Positions 13,863 to 30,235 of a stretch of DNA of 64,000 bases are shown one piece after another (position 1 is the stretch's first letter; every line of letters begins with the position of its first letter). Origin of the DNA: Octopus vulgaris (Eukaryota); assembly GCA_951406725.2 (NCBI GenBank), contig OX597827.1:10168001-10232000 (forward strand), in the 5' to 3' direction. The notes under the pieces were generated by a model that was given only the letters and a program-made list of their open reading frames with translations, had not been told where the DNA came from and made no database searches. Position numbers and translations under genes: made by a program.

Positions 13863-14253
13863 GTAGTAGTAGGAAGCACTCTGTCGGTTACGACGATGAC
13901 GGTTCCGGTTGATCCGAATCAATGGAACAGCCTGCTCGTGAAATTAACGTGTAAGTGGCTGAGCACGCCACAGACACGTGCACCCTTAACGTAGTTCTCG
14001 GGGATATTCAGCATGACACAGAGAGTGACAAGGCCGGCCCTTTGAAATACAGGTACCACAGAAACAGGAAGTAAGAGTGAGAGAAAGTTGTGGTGAAAGA
14101 GTACAGCAGGGATCACCACCATCCCCTGCCGGAGCCTCGTGGAGCTTTTAGGTGTTTTCGCTCAATAAACACTCACAACGCCCGGTCTGGGAATCAAAAC
14201 CGTGATCCTATGACCACGAGTCCGCTGCCCTAACCACTGGGCCATTGCGCCTC
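13863..14253 (-). mobile_element. SINE family B
   Basis: Reverse complement of the 11214 copy; 12-bp TSD CAAATGCCAATA (13851 and 14254). Confidence 0.85.
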
Positions 14254-14377
14254 CAAATGCCAATAAACAATACAAGACAAACTTGACTGTTTTATATTTA
14301 GGCCAAATTTACTACCTGTCTGAATAGACAATAAAGGCCATTTACAATTATTGAAACTAGGTACTGTTTTGAAGTCA

Positions 14378-14412
<35 letters not shown>

Positions 14413-15884
14413 ATGTTGTGATCTGAAAGATTTCACATAGCAGGAAACTCTGAGTAGCAAAGGAGTAAAATGAATAAACTCCACGATATGTATCAAGAAT
14501 GTTTCTTGTCCATCAAACTTTTGTCTGGTCATGGGCAAATGTTACCGAGCTTGTAAACAAGTGAGATTTGGTAATAAGAAGGGCATCTGGCCATAGAAAA
14601 TCTGCCTCAGTAAGCACTGTCCTACCCATGCAAACATGGAAAATTGGCTGTTAAAACGATGATAACAATGATGATGATGATGAACATAATGAATACCATT
14701 GATCTATTTTTTACTCATTATTTAGTCAAGAGAAAGGAAGTACATGCAGCCTTTTGCAGGGCTTCCAAGTCTGGTTGGAAGAGTGAGCTATAGGTCCTCA
14801 AAGCAGAGATCTAGCCTCATTGCTTGCTGCAGGATGAATGTAGCTAAAGGCAACCAAAGCCTGGGTGGTGATGGTGTTAAACTGGGTGATATTATTAAGT
14901 GTACTTCCCAATTAGGCCACTGTGGGATTTGAACTCAGAATGCAAAGACTCATAGCAAACGACACAGGTAACACATCTAATACTCTAATGATTCAGCGAG
15001 TCAACTACTCTGTACTAGTACTTTGTTTATTGACCTAGGAAGTGTGAAAGTCAAAACTGATCTCAGCAGGGTTTGAACTTAAGGACAAGGAGCCAAGTAG
15101 GATAAATAACAAGATACTTCTACTAATGGTCTGAAGATTTTGCTACTTTGCTGCCAATTGGCAAAAGATTTGGTGGTGTAGCAAGAGTGAATGCCACCTG
15201 GGGTAGCCATTGAGTTTGCCACCTCATCCCACTGAGCCTCAACATGCCTATAGCAGACTTATACAGCAGAGCCAAAAGTGCAACCACCAGAAAAATATCA
15301 CCTGGGGTAGTCCTTTCCCTCGTCACCTCACCAAGCTGACTCGGTAGACCATCTGACTAAATAGCATGTGGTATTTAGTAATATCCATTTTCATTCTAAA
15401 TTCAAATACCTATGTGGTCGACTTTATTTCCAGAATCAATAAAATACCAGTTAGTTACTGGGGTTGACAGATCAAAGGAATGACAGAATAGAGCAATAGG
15501 AAAATTGTATTGTGGTATTTAGTTTTGGTTCTTCACATTCTGAGTTCAAATGACATTAGGTTCGACTTTACTTTACATCTTTCTGGGCTTTACATTTTTC
15601 TGATGTAATCCACAATATCTTTCACCAAACAAAATGTGGAACCGCATGCAAATGCTGCAAATCATTGCAATTTTAAACAAAATTGAAACTGAATTATTGT
15701 CTTTGCTCATTGAAGAATATCTACTTTGAAACAACAATGTCACCTCCATGTGGGGTCACTAAACTTAAAGGCTGAATGTCCTTCACATTAAACCCTATTC
15801 TCTGAAACAAACAAAGCTACCTTTGATAATCTAGTCTTAGATGTTTTATTCCTGAAAAAAATAAAAGAAAAATAAAAGAAACTT

Positions 15885-16060
15885 CAGTGAAGGAGTTCTT
15901 CACCTCAAAGAACAAGAACTGGTATCAGCATCAGGTCAAAGAACTTGTAGAAAGATGGCTTTAGATGGTGCAACAGAATGGTCTCTACTTTGAATGCAAA
16001 GCTACTTCTGTTGTAACTTGACAAATAAAATATATAAGTTATGAAAAATTTGCAAAACAT
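15885..16060 (+). mobile_element. Mariner transposase 3' fragment (different family)
   Basis: Translates FFTSKNKNWYQHQVKELVERWL*MVQQNGLYFE, a typical mariner C-terminus. Confidence 0.75.
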
Positions 16061-17681
16061 AATATAATTGATTTCTATGAGCAAAATTTGCAATAGATTA
16101 GCATCCATAGCCACTGGCGGGGGTGCTTCTCAGCTGTTTAATGCTGTAAATGAAGTGGGACAAGCCATACATTAGCAACTAAACAGTATATGTCCAAGAT
16201 AAAGAGAATATAGAGACAAGAAACTATGATTATGATGAGCCCATACAAACTGAACTCAGTCTTCTAATACTCACCCATACACCTTCATTTAACCAAGCAT
16301 TCAACATTCTATAAGTTGGATGATGGAGGGAAAAATGACTGATGACATTAGTAAAATAAATATTTAGAAAGTTTAATTAAAAATAAGTAAAAAATTAAAT
16401 TGATTGCAGCCAATATTTTGTAAATATTTGTGATTCTCACTTTCTTAAGAAAATTCAGTGGTGAATAATGAAATACAATTGTAATGTAATACTGTATAAT
16501 GTATAGTTAGACTGTTTTGTGTACACCACCCAGCTGATGTAATTATAGTATCTAATCAATTAAAATCCATTTAAAACCATTACTAGTTGATATCTTTACA
16601 ATCAAAAGTTGTTTACATAATAACTGTTTGTAATTGGTCTGTATACAATTTGTTTACAGAAAATTGTTATTTTTCATAATTGGTGTCTTATAAATTTTAA
16701 ACATCTATTTGTATATAAAATCGCTTTACTACAGAATTTATTCAAATAATTATAATTATTTCCTGCACAAACATAATTACTTCCTTTCTTTCCAGTGTTA
16801 GTTTCTAACGGTTTATGCAATTAGTAACTTATACACTATGAGTCAAATATGAATTTCTCATTGATGATACAAGCTCCCGAGAGAATTGTCATTTGAGCCT
16901 GTCTCCCATAATAATAATAATGATAATAATAATAATATGAAAAATGATAAACTTAAAAGCAACAACAAAATAAAGGGACAATTCATACCAAATTTCACAC
17001 CAGTTAACAAGAAGAAAACACAAGAAAAATGAAACTGTTACAACATTCACAAAGACAACAAAAGTGAAAACATTCACAATCCTTCTCTAATAACTGCAAT
17101 ATACTCATATATATTCATATATACATATGTGTATGTATGTATATATACGTATGTATGTAAGTATATATATATGTATATATATACATATATACATATATAT
17201 ACGATATATAATATATATGTATATATACTATATATACATATATACTATATATACAATATATACTATATATATATATACACACACATATATATATATATAC
17301 ATACATATATATACGATATATACAATATATATATATATACTCTATATACATATACACTATATATATATATGTAAGCATACATAAACATATGCATTCATAC
17401 ATATATATATATATAATAATAATGAAAAGAAAGTTCTTGGCACAGTAATACACATTTGAAAAACGAGTAGAGGTGGGTTTTGGGGGGATAATTTTTATTT
17501 TATTAATAATGTTTACAGTGTGTAAACATTATTTCAATGTGTAAACATTAGAAACTCACTATAAACATTACTATTAAAATAAAAATAGTCCCCACCAAAA
17601 GACATCTATACTCATTTTCCATATATATATATATATATATACATATATACCGATGTATACATATATGTATATATGCAGGTA

Positions 17682-17740
<59 letters not shown>

Positions 17741-18359
17741 TTATATATACATATATATATATATACATGTATATATATATACACATATATATACATATAT
17801 GTATGTATGTGTGTGTGTGTATGTATGCATGTACGTGTATGTATATACAACTGAGACATCTTATTTTGTTTGGGGAACTAGTCATACAATCAATATAAGG
17901 ACAATATTATTGAACAACTTGAACAACACACAAGAAAACACACCAACATACGTTCTGCAATAGGAATGGGTAGTTAGTTAGATATAGAATGAAATTACGG
18001 TGCTGACTATTTGTGTAAGTCAAGGCATTACCAATTTGTCTAAAGTTCAAACATTTATTCTCTTCGTTTAATAATAGATTCACAATTGGCGGTTGTCCAG
18101 TCTTGATTTACAAGAAGACAGTTGTCTCTTTTGGTAAATCCCTTCAATACTCTAATGCCATGTTGTTTGATTAATAGAAGGCTTTTCCCAAATAAATTAA
18201 TCACTGTTTCAGCCAAAATGCTACTATGCAATGCAATGCTATGCTCTCGAGGCAATAGAATTCTGATCTTTTATATTGTCCAACCAACTAATTAGGTAGC
18301 CTTGTATTTGACTACTTTTAGCTGACACAAAGAAACTCTGCACAATTGATTTTGGTAGG

Positions 18360-18418
18360 TTAATAGTAGGTTATACGACTTGAATGGGAAATGTATAATA
18401 ATAAGTGGTTGTAGTTAA
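18360..18418 (-). CDS. Candidate terminal coding exon of the protocadherin
   Basis: A nearby downstream acceptor TTATGTTCTTTAG| at 18419/18418 read in phase 1 gives VNYNHLLLYISHSSRITYY*. It is followed by unique AT-rich, UTR-like sequence. No homology support seen. Confidence 0.25.
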
Positions 18419-18554
18419 CTAAAGAACATAACACTAATTAACAGTCAGGAAATTTATATTTCTAAATTGTTGCTTTGTCCACATCAAGATTTTTTGATTT
18501 TCCACATAATTAACAAACTCACATAACAAAACCAAAATGATAATAATGATAATT

Positions 18555-18624
<70 letters not shown>

Positions 18625-18887
18625 CAATAAATAAAAAATAAAACAAAAAAATGAAATAAATCAATCATTGATGATGACAGCGGCTAGAAATGTTTATGAT
18701 AAGAGCTGATTAATGAGATTTTTGGAACTGAATTTAAGTGATTTGTGATAATAGCATTAAGTATCCATGATATTTTATGCTATTGTTAAGCAAGTTCATC
18801 TAATATGAAAGAAATTAATTCACCTACAAATATCATTTATAATGAATACTTTTTCTAGCATCTCATTTTTTTTCCCTCATTACATAC

Positions 18888-19047
18888 CTGGAAGTTCTTC
18901 ATAGTATCCTGTGTCTCCCTCACTCCAGCCATGTCTACCATCAGCACAAGATACCATAGACATTTCACTAGAGCGGTAAGGGGAATTAACTGCAGTTTTC
19001 CTATCTTTCAGACTGCCTGATATCCCAGCTGTCTTTTTAACACTCAT
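18888..19047 (-). CDS. Probable second coding exon of the protocadherin (cytoplasmic tail)
   Basis: T-rich tract plus CAG|ATG acceptor at 19048/19047, phase 0, matching the 34619 donor. Encodes MSVKKTAGISGSLKDRKTAVNSPYRSSEMSMVSCADGRHGWSEGDTGYYEELP, resembling DSGxG-type protocadherin cytoplasmic motifs. Strong donor CAG|GTATGT at 18888/18887 (phase 1). Confidence 0.75.
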
Positions 19048-19597
19048 CTGTCCATTACAAAAAAAGAATTTAAAAAAAAGTAAGACGTGAGATGCCAAAG
19101 GCATAATATTTTCTTCTTGCAGTTAAATATTTTAGTTGTGCTAATTACAAAACAACTGATTTTTAATTATCATTTTATTACTAAAATCACTATTACCGCT
19201 AAAACTTACTATCACTGTTCCCGCTCTTCAAGCAACTAAAATAATACTTAAAATCAGGTTCAATGCAATGATATCTAAATTAGATCTTTTGAATTCATGT
19301 TTTGTAGAATTTCTACTTTAAGTTGTGTTGACATTTTCACTTCTAGTCTTTGCAGAGTTTTACGTATTTTGTAGCTAATAGTTTATACTTTGAATAATCA
19401 GAAGTAACTACCTGATGTAAGTTTTAATTTGTATGTTCTTTGTGTCTGCATCCATGCTTACTTCAAAATATAAACATGTAGTTTTGCTTAATATTAAATT
19501 AAGCAACAAAATACTTAATGAGTAATTGAAGAATGAATTTAATCTACCAACAATGTGCAAATTGTAATGATAGAATGCTAATGTTATTGGAAGACAA

Positions 19598-19654
<57 letters not shown>

Positions 19655-19855
19655 TTTTTTTTCTCTCTCTTTTTACGATCCCTTTTGATCGAAAACCTGC
19701 CCCCTTTTCATTTTTTATCTTTATTTTTATTTTCCTTTTTTTTTCTCTCCCCAAAAAGAAAAGTTCTACTTTGTAATTTGTGCCCCCTGTGTTCATCCCT
19801 GTGTGGCTAATAAAGAAACATATCTATCTATTCATCTATCTATCTATCTGTCCAT

Positions 19856-19891
<36 letters not shown>

Positions 19892-20539
19892 TTGGGTTTA
19901 TACTGTTGATTCACACGTATGTACTCCACAGCAAAAGTGTTAAGGCTGCTCTCCCTGATGAAGAGGATTAGTCTGCAAGAGATCTGTACCAGTAGTATAG
20001 AAAAAGCACTGATGCCAGTGCCACATGAGAGCACGCATATGGTGCCACGTTAAACCACCCAGCATATTTTATAAATCGACTGGTGTGCAGAAGAGTGTCC
20101 ATTCAAAGAAACCATGCCAAATCAGACTGGGACCTGGTACAGCTCTCCAGTTTGCCAGCTCTGGTCAAACCGTCCAACTCATGCCAGCATGGAAAACAGA
20201 CGTTAAATGATAATGATGATGATGATGACGATATATACTGAGATGTTCCAAACATAAACTTACTCTGAGCTTGCACCTGTAGTAGGCTGGGGGCAACAGA
20301 TGGCCCAAGGGTGCTTCCCTGGTGTGTTCTTGGTGATTGGGTTTATCCAAGACTGGTGAGATTCCTTCGTTGGTACCCCCTCCTATTTGGGACTTCTGTT
20401 GTTACCATTTTTTTATTAACTTCTTTTGTTTTTATTGTTTACACTTGATATGTGAATCCCTTTCGTCCTTTGTATTTGTACTGTTCAAAATGCTTTTTAG
20501 CACTTATAAACCAATAAAGCAACTATTATTATTATTACT

Positions 20540-20782
20540 GAGTGAGAGAGTAGTGCATGCCATCAAAGTGACACTAGGGTACAATTGTACAAAGCCCAAT
20601 ATACCCATCATGATTATCCGTCTGAGGTGGCTGTACACCAGGCACATGCATCACAACCATATGTGCATGACATGGTGATCTCATATCAAGATAAACAGCA
20701 CATGACCTAGCAAGTGGGGACCAGTTAGAATTTTCTTCAGGTTGTGTAGCCCATCCCACTCAAAAGGTCCCTGAAGAAGGTT
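20540..20782 (-). mobile_element. Shorter inverted copy of the same (AAT)n-embedded element
   Basis: Reverse complement of about 21785-22028; (TTA)n on both sides. Confidence 0.6.
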
Positions 20783-20854
20783 TCTTTATTATTATTATTA
20801 TTATTATTATCATTATTATTATCATTATCATCATCATCATTATTATTATTAAAA

Positions 20855-23455
<2,601 letters not shown>

Positions 23456-25884
23456 CCATGATGTAGATGTTTATATTGACTTGACTCTTTTCTCTGACAA
23501 CAAAACATATCATTCTTCATAGATTTTTTTTTGTTTTGTTTATTTTATTTTCTTTCTAGAATGTAGCCTAAAGGCTTGGAAATTACAGAGTAAAAAGGAA
23601 AAAGATATTTTTCGTTTTATTTTCTTCGAATATTGGAAGTGAAAAGGAATGCTGGTCATCTTAGCCAACCAATATGGTTTTTAAAGAAAGAAAAGGTTTT
23701 TCTATTTATAAATATCTTAAATTGTTCTTGGAGAGAATTAAATGAATTTTAATTTTTTAATTTTTTGTTTGCCAAATTTAATAAATCCTACAGATGACTT
23801 CTGGAATAAAATATTTTAAATTAAATTACAACTGAAATTCTTCATTTTACTCACAAAACTTTGTTAAAGTCTCTAACACTCTCTTCAAATATTTTATTCT
23901 TTATAATATTTTCTAGTGGCAATCTTGGTGAGATAGTGTTTGACAATTGGCAGATAACAATATTGCTGCAAAAGTAAGTTTTATATTTGCATACACTTCC
24001 TAATGTTAATCCCTTATTCATGAAATTTTAGTGGGCTCTGTCACCAACCAGGTACACTAAAGTAAATAAAAATGCATATTCTGTTCAGACAAACAGCACA
24101 ATATCTTTAATTATAAGATTTAAACTAAGAAACCTATTGTAGTTATCTTAACCTAAAAACTATTGTGCTTCATAGGCTCATAAAATAGCATAAATTTGAA
24201 AAAGTGCTTAAGCTACCATAGTTTCTTTGAATAAATTATATCATATTTATAAAATTAAATCACCATTTTGAAGGTTTATATGTATTTTTGACTTCAGAGT
24301 GTAAATTAAACGTGGAATAAGAATGGGTATTTACATAGCTGATTGGTTGAGAAGTTCCCTATATAACTATGCAGGTTTGGTTTCAGTCCCACTGCACAGC
24401 ACCTTGAGAGAGTAATTTTTACTATAGCCTTTGGCCCACCTGTCTTATTAAGGAAATTCTCTTTTATCTTTTAGTCAAGAAATTAAGTTTTGATGATCCA
24501 TTACAGGGACTCTAAGACTTTTAAATGTATTCTTAAACTGGAGGCTTTGCTCAAATGCTTGTAAGAGAGTTTTGCTGTAGGGGGCCTGGTGGTGATGTTA
24601 AACCAGGTCATGGATTAAGCCTGCCATCCATGTAAGCCAAAGCAGGATTTGAACTCAGAACAGAAAGTGCCAAAATAAATATCACAAGGCATCTGGTCTG
24701 ATGTTCTTATTGTTCTGCCAATCTGGATCAGTACATTTTAAAGGACCCCAAAAAAATGAAGGGTACTTGAACTTAGAGCACAGCCAGAATAAATATTGTG
24801 ATTTATTCTACTTGTTCATTTAATGCCCCAGCCAGTTTACCATCTTAATATATGGAAACTGTGAGGAAGACTGCCAGAAGAAGTGTCCCTGTACTTAACA
24901 CTTGCATCTGGTTATTGAATACTTTTAGCAGATTGTACTATGTTGCAAGCATTTGGGTAAGATCTCCAGTCTGGGAATAATTCTTTACTTTGTCCCACCA
25001 GTTTTTGGAAATGTTATGGACTGCTCTTTATCTTCTGATCCCCAATAATATGGGAACTTTTTCCAATGGCTAAGAAATATTAGCCAATTAAGTGATTTTC
25101 CAAAGACAACAAAGTACAAGCGGGTTATTTGAAGCCCTGTCTTTTAAAACAAGTAATCTAACCTCTTACCATTTTATCGGCTCAAACATCCTATCTCTGC
25201 CTATATATTTACTGACACATAGTAGGATTAGTAAGTTAAGTTGTCATTTACTTTCCCTTGACTGTTTTCTCAAACCAGTTTATTCGATAGATTATCGCAC
25301 GAGAAAGAAAGAAATCTATAGAAATTGGATATTTGCATTTGAAATAATACCTTTTCTATATACATTGAATGAGATTAAATCTATTGATTTTAGATAACAT
25401 TTTACAAATTCTACAGGGTAACATGGTAAATTTTGTCATTGATGTTAAATATCAAAGTAAAAATAAAGGGAAAAGCTTTGTCCAAATGTTACTCCGTCTA
25501 CTTGAAGATGAGCACTAGAAGAAAATACATGAATACTTTCAGAAGAAAAAAAAAAATCAATGAATTCCATTTCGAAATGTCTAATAATAAATTGTAATAT
25601 TTAATTAAAGCTAACTGAGGAATTTGTCATTGAAAGGAATCTTGTTCAATACATTTACATTTGAATTTATCTTTTAGATTCACAACCTAAATGTTTTGGT
25701 AGTGTTACTATAGTATGAAAGCCAAGGACGATCAGGAAGGTTTTGGACTAGCAAATGTTAACGGTTTATACATCTTCTCACCAATTTTGGGTAGCGTTTT
25801 GGGATGAAGGCACTTGAAACCTTAATTCTGCAAACAGTAAAACCACTGCATACATATATACATACATACATACATACATACATA

Positions 25885-26584
25885 TCTATTATATAAAATC
25901 CGTTCAGTCTGTCTGTGTGTTTGTCTTCTAGCATCTCAGGCATCCTCCATCCGATTGCGCTCAAATTTCATATGTAGATACTGACGGTATCAGGGCTTGT
26001 ATAAGTTTTGAAAAAATTACAAAAATCGATTACAGGTTAGAATGCGATCGATAAAGCCGTGGTAACGTGCATTTGTATGCGCATGTACATCAGCTGTTGC
26101 GATCGATACTATGTATACGCGAGAAAAATGCACGTACAGTTTGCGCAAAAACATCATCATGCTTTTCCATTTAGATTTACCTCCAGCTAACCCATTTGCA
26201 GGCATCGTTTTTGTCCTGCTTTTCTTCTGTCAACCTGTTCATAATTTTCACCTTCCATTTTTTGTTGTTTTTGTACTGCTTTTTATTTCCAGCCAAGCTT
26301 ACTGTTTAAACCATGTTTGTGTTTTCCCAGTCAGCAGCCTTATCATTACTGGTACTTTAAACTCTTCGGTTGCATATTTGTGTGAATAAAATCATTTTTC
26401 TTTGGAATAGAAAAAAAAGCCTATCTTTATTTCGTCTTTTGCTGGTGTCTCAAATTTAGGTTAAATCAGTGTTTCTCAAAGGGGAGGCCTATGGGACGGT
26501 CGGACAAGGTGTTTTGAGAAAATTTGGTTTAAATGTTTGACAACTCAGCACCGTCCATTGGACGGGGGGGGGGCGTTTTGCTCG
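25885..26584 (+). mobile_element. Non-autonomous Helitron-like element
   Basis: 5' A|TCTATTATATAAAA with GTCT repeats; 3' hairpin CCGTCCATTGGACGG (26551-26565) then CTCG|T (CTRR variant); CpG-richer than the flanks. Confidence 0.6.
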
Positions 26585-27348
26585 TACCTATATATATACA
26601 CACACACACATATACAGACACACAAAGAGAGAGAAAGTGAGAGAAATAGAGAGAGAGAGAGAGAGAGAGAGAGATGTATGTGTATGTGTGTATACATATA
26701 TATGTGTATGAATATAGATGTGTATGTGTGAAAGAGTTTAAGATCCCTTATGAAACAAGAGATTGTTATAGAACACGACTATATTTTCTCCCGAAAACTT
26801 TGTAGATATTTTATCTGCAGGTTTAGTAGAAGTTAGTCTTCTATATTGTTACAGTAATTATTTAACTGTACAAACTGAGACAGATTTATATTTATTGAAG
26901 GTGTAGATGACTAACCCAGAGTTTTCCAAACAGAGAGGCTGTGAAGATTGAAAATGGATGAACATATGGAAGCTTCATATAATTAAGATGGCTTCAAACA
27001 TTTTAAGCCAACATCATGGCAAAGAAAGAAAAGTTGTTTGGATGCAAACTCCAGTTTGTCTTCATCATCGTTATTTAATGTACCCGTTTCCATGGTTGCC
27101 TGGGTTGGAGGGAATTTAGTGAGGCAGATTTTCTGTGGCTTGATGCTCTTGCTACTGCCAGCCTTTACCTGTTTCTGAACATGTTAATATATCCCCTGTA
27201 GTCAGACATCTTTTTGCAGAATGTTAGACTGATTATGTGATGTCAAGAGAAGAATACAGAAACATATACACGCATGCATATACATATACGTACATACACA
27301 TACACATGTGCAGACACACACACACACACACACACGCACACACACACA

Positions 27349-28285
27349 TTAGGTCATCCCATAGGTCATCCCATAAATAATGCGGGTTTTTTTCAATTGC
27401 ATGAACTAAAAGTCAGAGGGAGATGGGATAAACTACCTGCATCAACTTGCTATAAAAGCAGGTACTAATTTTACCTTGTGCTTATTCTTAGTGCAAGTTT
27501 TGAAGAGTGCAGTTCGATTTTAACAGTTATTCTTTCAAAGCTATAATGGAAGTGACAAAGGAATATATTCAGCATATTTTGCTTTATGAGTTCAATAAGG
27601 GCAACAATGCAATGGAAAGTATGAGGAATATTAATGCAGTTTATGGGGATCGGATAATAAGCATAATCCAGTATCAGTGGTGGTTCCAAAAATTCAGAGC
27701 TGGAAACTACAGCCTAGAGGATGAGCCTCATCCTGGAAGATCTGTAGAGCTCAATGAGGACATCTTGCAAAGCCTGGTGGAACAAAATGCCAATGTAACT
27801 GCTGAGGAACTATCAAAGAAACTTGGATTTGGTCATTCGACCATTCATTGACACCTGCATACCATCAGAAAATGACCATCTTTGATTTCAAGACAAAAGG
27901 TGTTCTTCCATCAGGATAATGCATGGCCACATACAGTGAGGATGACATTCCAAAGGCTGGAGTAGTTTAAATAGGAAACAATACCTCCTGCCACTATATT
28001 TGCTGGACATTACCCCATCTGATTATAATTTATTCTGCTATCTTCAAAATCATTTGGATGGAAAAAATATGAAATCTGTAGACAAGGTTAGCAGAGTACC
28101 GGAGGAGTATTTTTCATCATGGACAAGTGAATTTTGAAGTGGGGCCTTGCAAGTCTATCAGATAGATGGAAGAGCATTGTAGAAAATGAAGGAGAGTATA
28201 TTTTTGATTAAAAAAGAACTGTTTATCTTAATTTTGAAAAATAAAAGAAGTATGAAAAAAATGCATTTTTTATGGGATGACCCAA
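27349..28285 (+). mobile_element. Mariner DNA transposon, internally deleted and non-functional
   Basis: TIRs GGTCATCCCATAAATAATGC / GCATTTTTTATGGGATGACC, followed by TA. N-terminal HTH ORF MEVTKEYIQHILLYEFNKG...WFQKFRAGNYSLEDEPHPGRS from 27546. Downstream HQDNAWPH motif with stops. Confidence 0.9.
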
Positions 28286-28486
28286 TATACATGACAAAAT
28301 TTCTTTCAGATTCCATTTTGGTTAGCCCGGAGCTATAGTAGAAGACACTTGAATAAGGTGTCTGAATGTGAAACCATGTAGTTGGGGAGCAAACTTCTTA
28401 ATCACACAACTATGTTGGTGTTTTTGTCTTCTTATTAATATCAAGAAATCAAAAAAATTTCTCAAAGACATATTATTCATGTGGGT

Positions 28487-29123
28487 TTAATCCTTCAGCA
28501 TTCAAGTTTTTCTGTTAAATGTAAAGCCTATTTATTCTCATTGTTTTGAATTTATCCTGCAATACTTTGTAGCTTTGAGATTTCAACGATGTAGTTGCTT
28601 ATTTTCAAAATAATATTGTAGGATAGGTGTGAGAGACCAGATCTGGTTGGTTTGATGATAAAACAGGTACTCCCTTTTACTCTTTACTCTTTTTACTCTT
28701 TTTCAGTCATTGTTTCAGTCATTTGACTGTGGCCATGCTGGAGCACCGCCTTTAGTCAAGCAAAATGACCCCAGGACTTATTCATTGTAACCCTAGTACT
28801 TATTGTATCGGTCTCTTTTGCCGAACCGCTAAGTAATGGGGATGCAAACACACCAGCATCGGTTGTCAAGCGATGTTGGGGTGACAAACACAGACACACA
28901 AACACACACACACACACATATACATATATATGACAGGCTTCTTTCAGTTTCCGTCTACCAAATCCACTCACAAGGCTTTGGTTGGCCCGAGGCTATAGTA
29001 GAAGACACTTGCCCAAGGTGCCACACAGTGGGACTGAACCCAGAACTATGTGGTTGTTAAGCAAGCTACTTACCACACAGCAACTCCTGCCAGATATGGT
29101 CAGTTTAAATGCTACAAGGGTTC
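28487..29123. mobile_element. piggyBac-like MITE interrupted by a SINE A
   Basis: TTAATCCTTCAGCATT...AATGCTACAAGGGTT; similar to the MITE at 50529-51074 and about 53715-54145. Confidence 0.55.
28671..29090 (-). mobile_element. SINE family A (inside a MITE)
   Basis: Full-length match. Confidence 0.85.
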
Positions 29124-29909
29124 AAAATTATTATTTGGTTGTTTGGGAAACGCTGTATAAGGCCATTTATAGTTTTGTATGGCCCAGTATCTCCACTATT
29201 GTCGGACAGCTATTCTTGTCCCTCAAACATACTTTGACTTTCATTACCCAGCACTAGTTACCTCCCTCAAAACTGCATCCCAGCTCAGCTAAGAGGGATT
29301 GTCTTAAAAGTCACTTGGTGGTGTCAGTTGTACGTAAAAAGCACTCAGTGCCCTCTTTAAAGTGATTGGCCATTGGGAAGGACTCAAAACCATGCTAAGT
29401 GTGAGAGACCAGATCTGGTTGGTTTGATGATAAAACAGGTACTCTCTTTTTACTCTTTTACTTGTTTCAGTAATTTGACTGCAGCCATACTGGAGCACCG
29501 CCTTTAGTCAAGCACATTGACCCCAAGACTTATTCATTGTAAGCCTAGTAATTATTCTATCGGTGGAAACCATGCTAAAGCAGACACTGGAGCTTGGCAT
29601 AGTCCTCTGGTTCTATTTTCAACTGTGAGAATCAAGTATCTTCATCCCAAATCACAACCTTAATATTGATTAGGAGACAAGCTTGAGAATCTAAAAGATG
29701 AATTCAAGTGTAAATGTACTAAAGGAGACAGAAATTCTTGAGTTGCGTTTATGGAAATATTACAATTTGTTATTAGACGTTTTAAAATGAAATTTATTGA
29801 CTGTTTTTTCTAAAAATATTCTTGGGTTTTCTTCTAGTGCTCATTATGAAGTAGAATGAAAGAAGGAAAATGACCATTAAATGGTGACAATGATAATAAT
29901 ACTACTTTT

Positions 29910-30235
29910 TAAGTTAGCACACCAGGTGAAATGCTTAGAAGTATTTTGTCTGTCTTTATGTTCTCATCAACTGGCCCTCTCCCCCAAACTTTCGGGCTTT
30001 GTGCCTAGAGTAGAGAAGATTTTTTAAAGTGGTAAGCTGGCAGAAATGTTAGCAAGTGGGGTGAAATGCTTAGTGGTATTTCGTCTGTCTTTACGGTCTG
30101 AGTTCAAATTCCGCCGATGTCGACTTCGCATTCCATCCTTTCAGGATCAATAAATTAAGTACCATACTGGGATCGATCTAATCGTTTGGCCCCCTCCCCA
30201 CAAAATTTCGAACCTTGTGCCTAGAGTAGAAAAGG
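29910..30235 (+). mobile_element. Two tandem SINE C copies (first internally deleted)
   Basis: Repeated GTGAAATGCTTAG..GTATTT.GTCTGTCTTTA and TTGTGCCTAGAGTAGA. Confidence 0.7.

Noticed and set aside
19950-19990. CTGATGAAGAGG as another hammerhead
   Set aside because: No downstream GAAA and stem III found.
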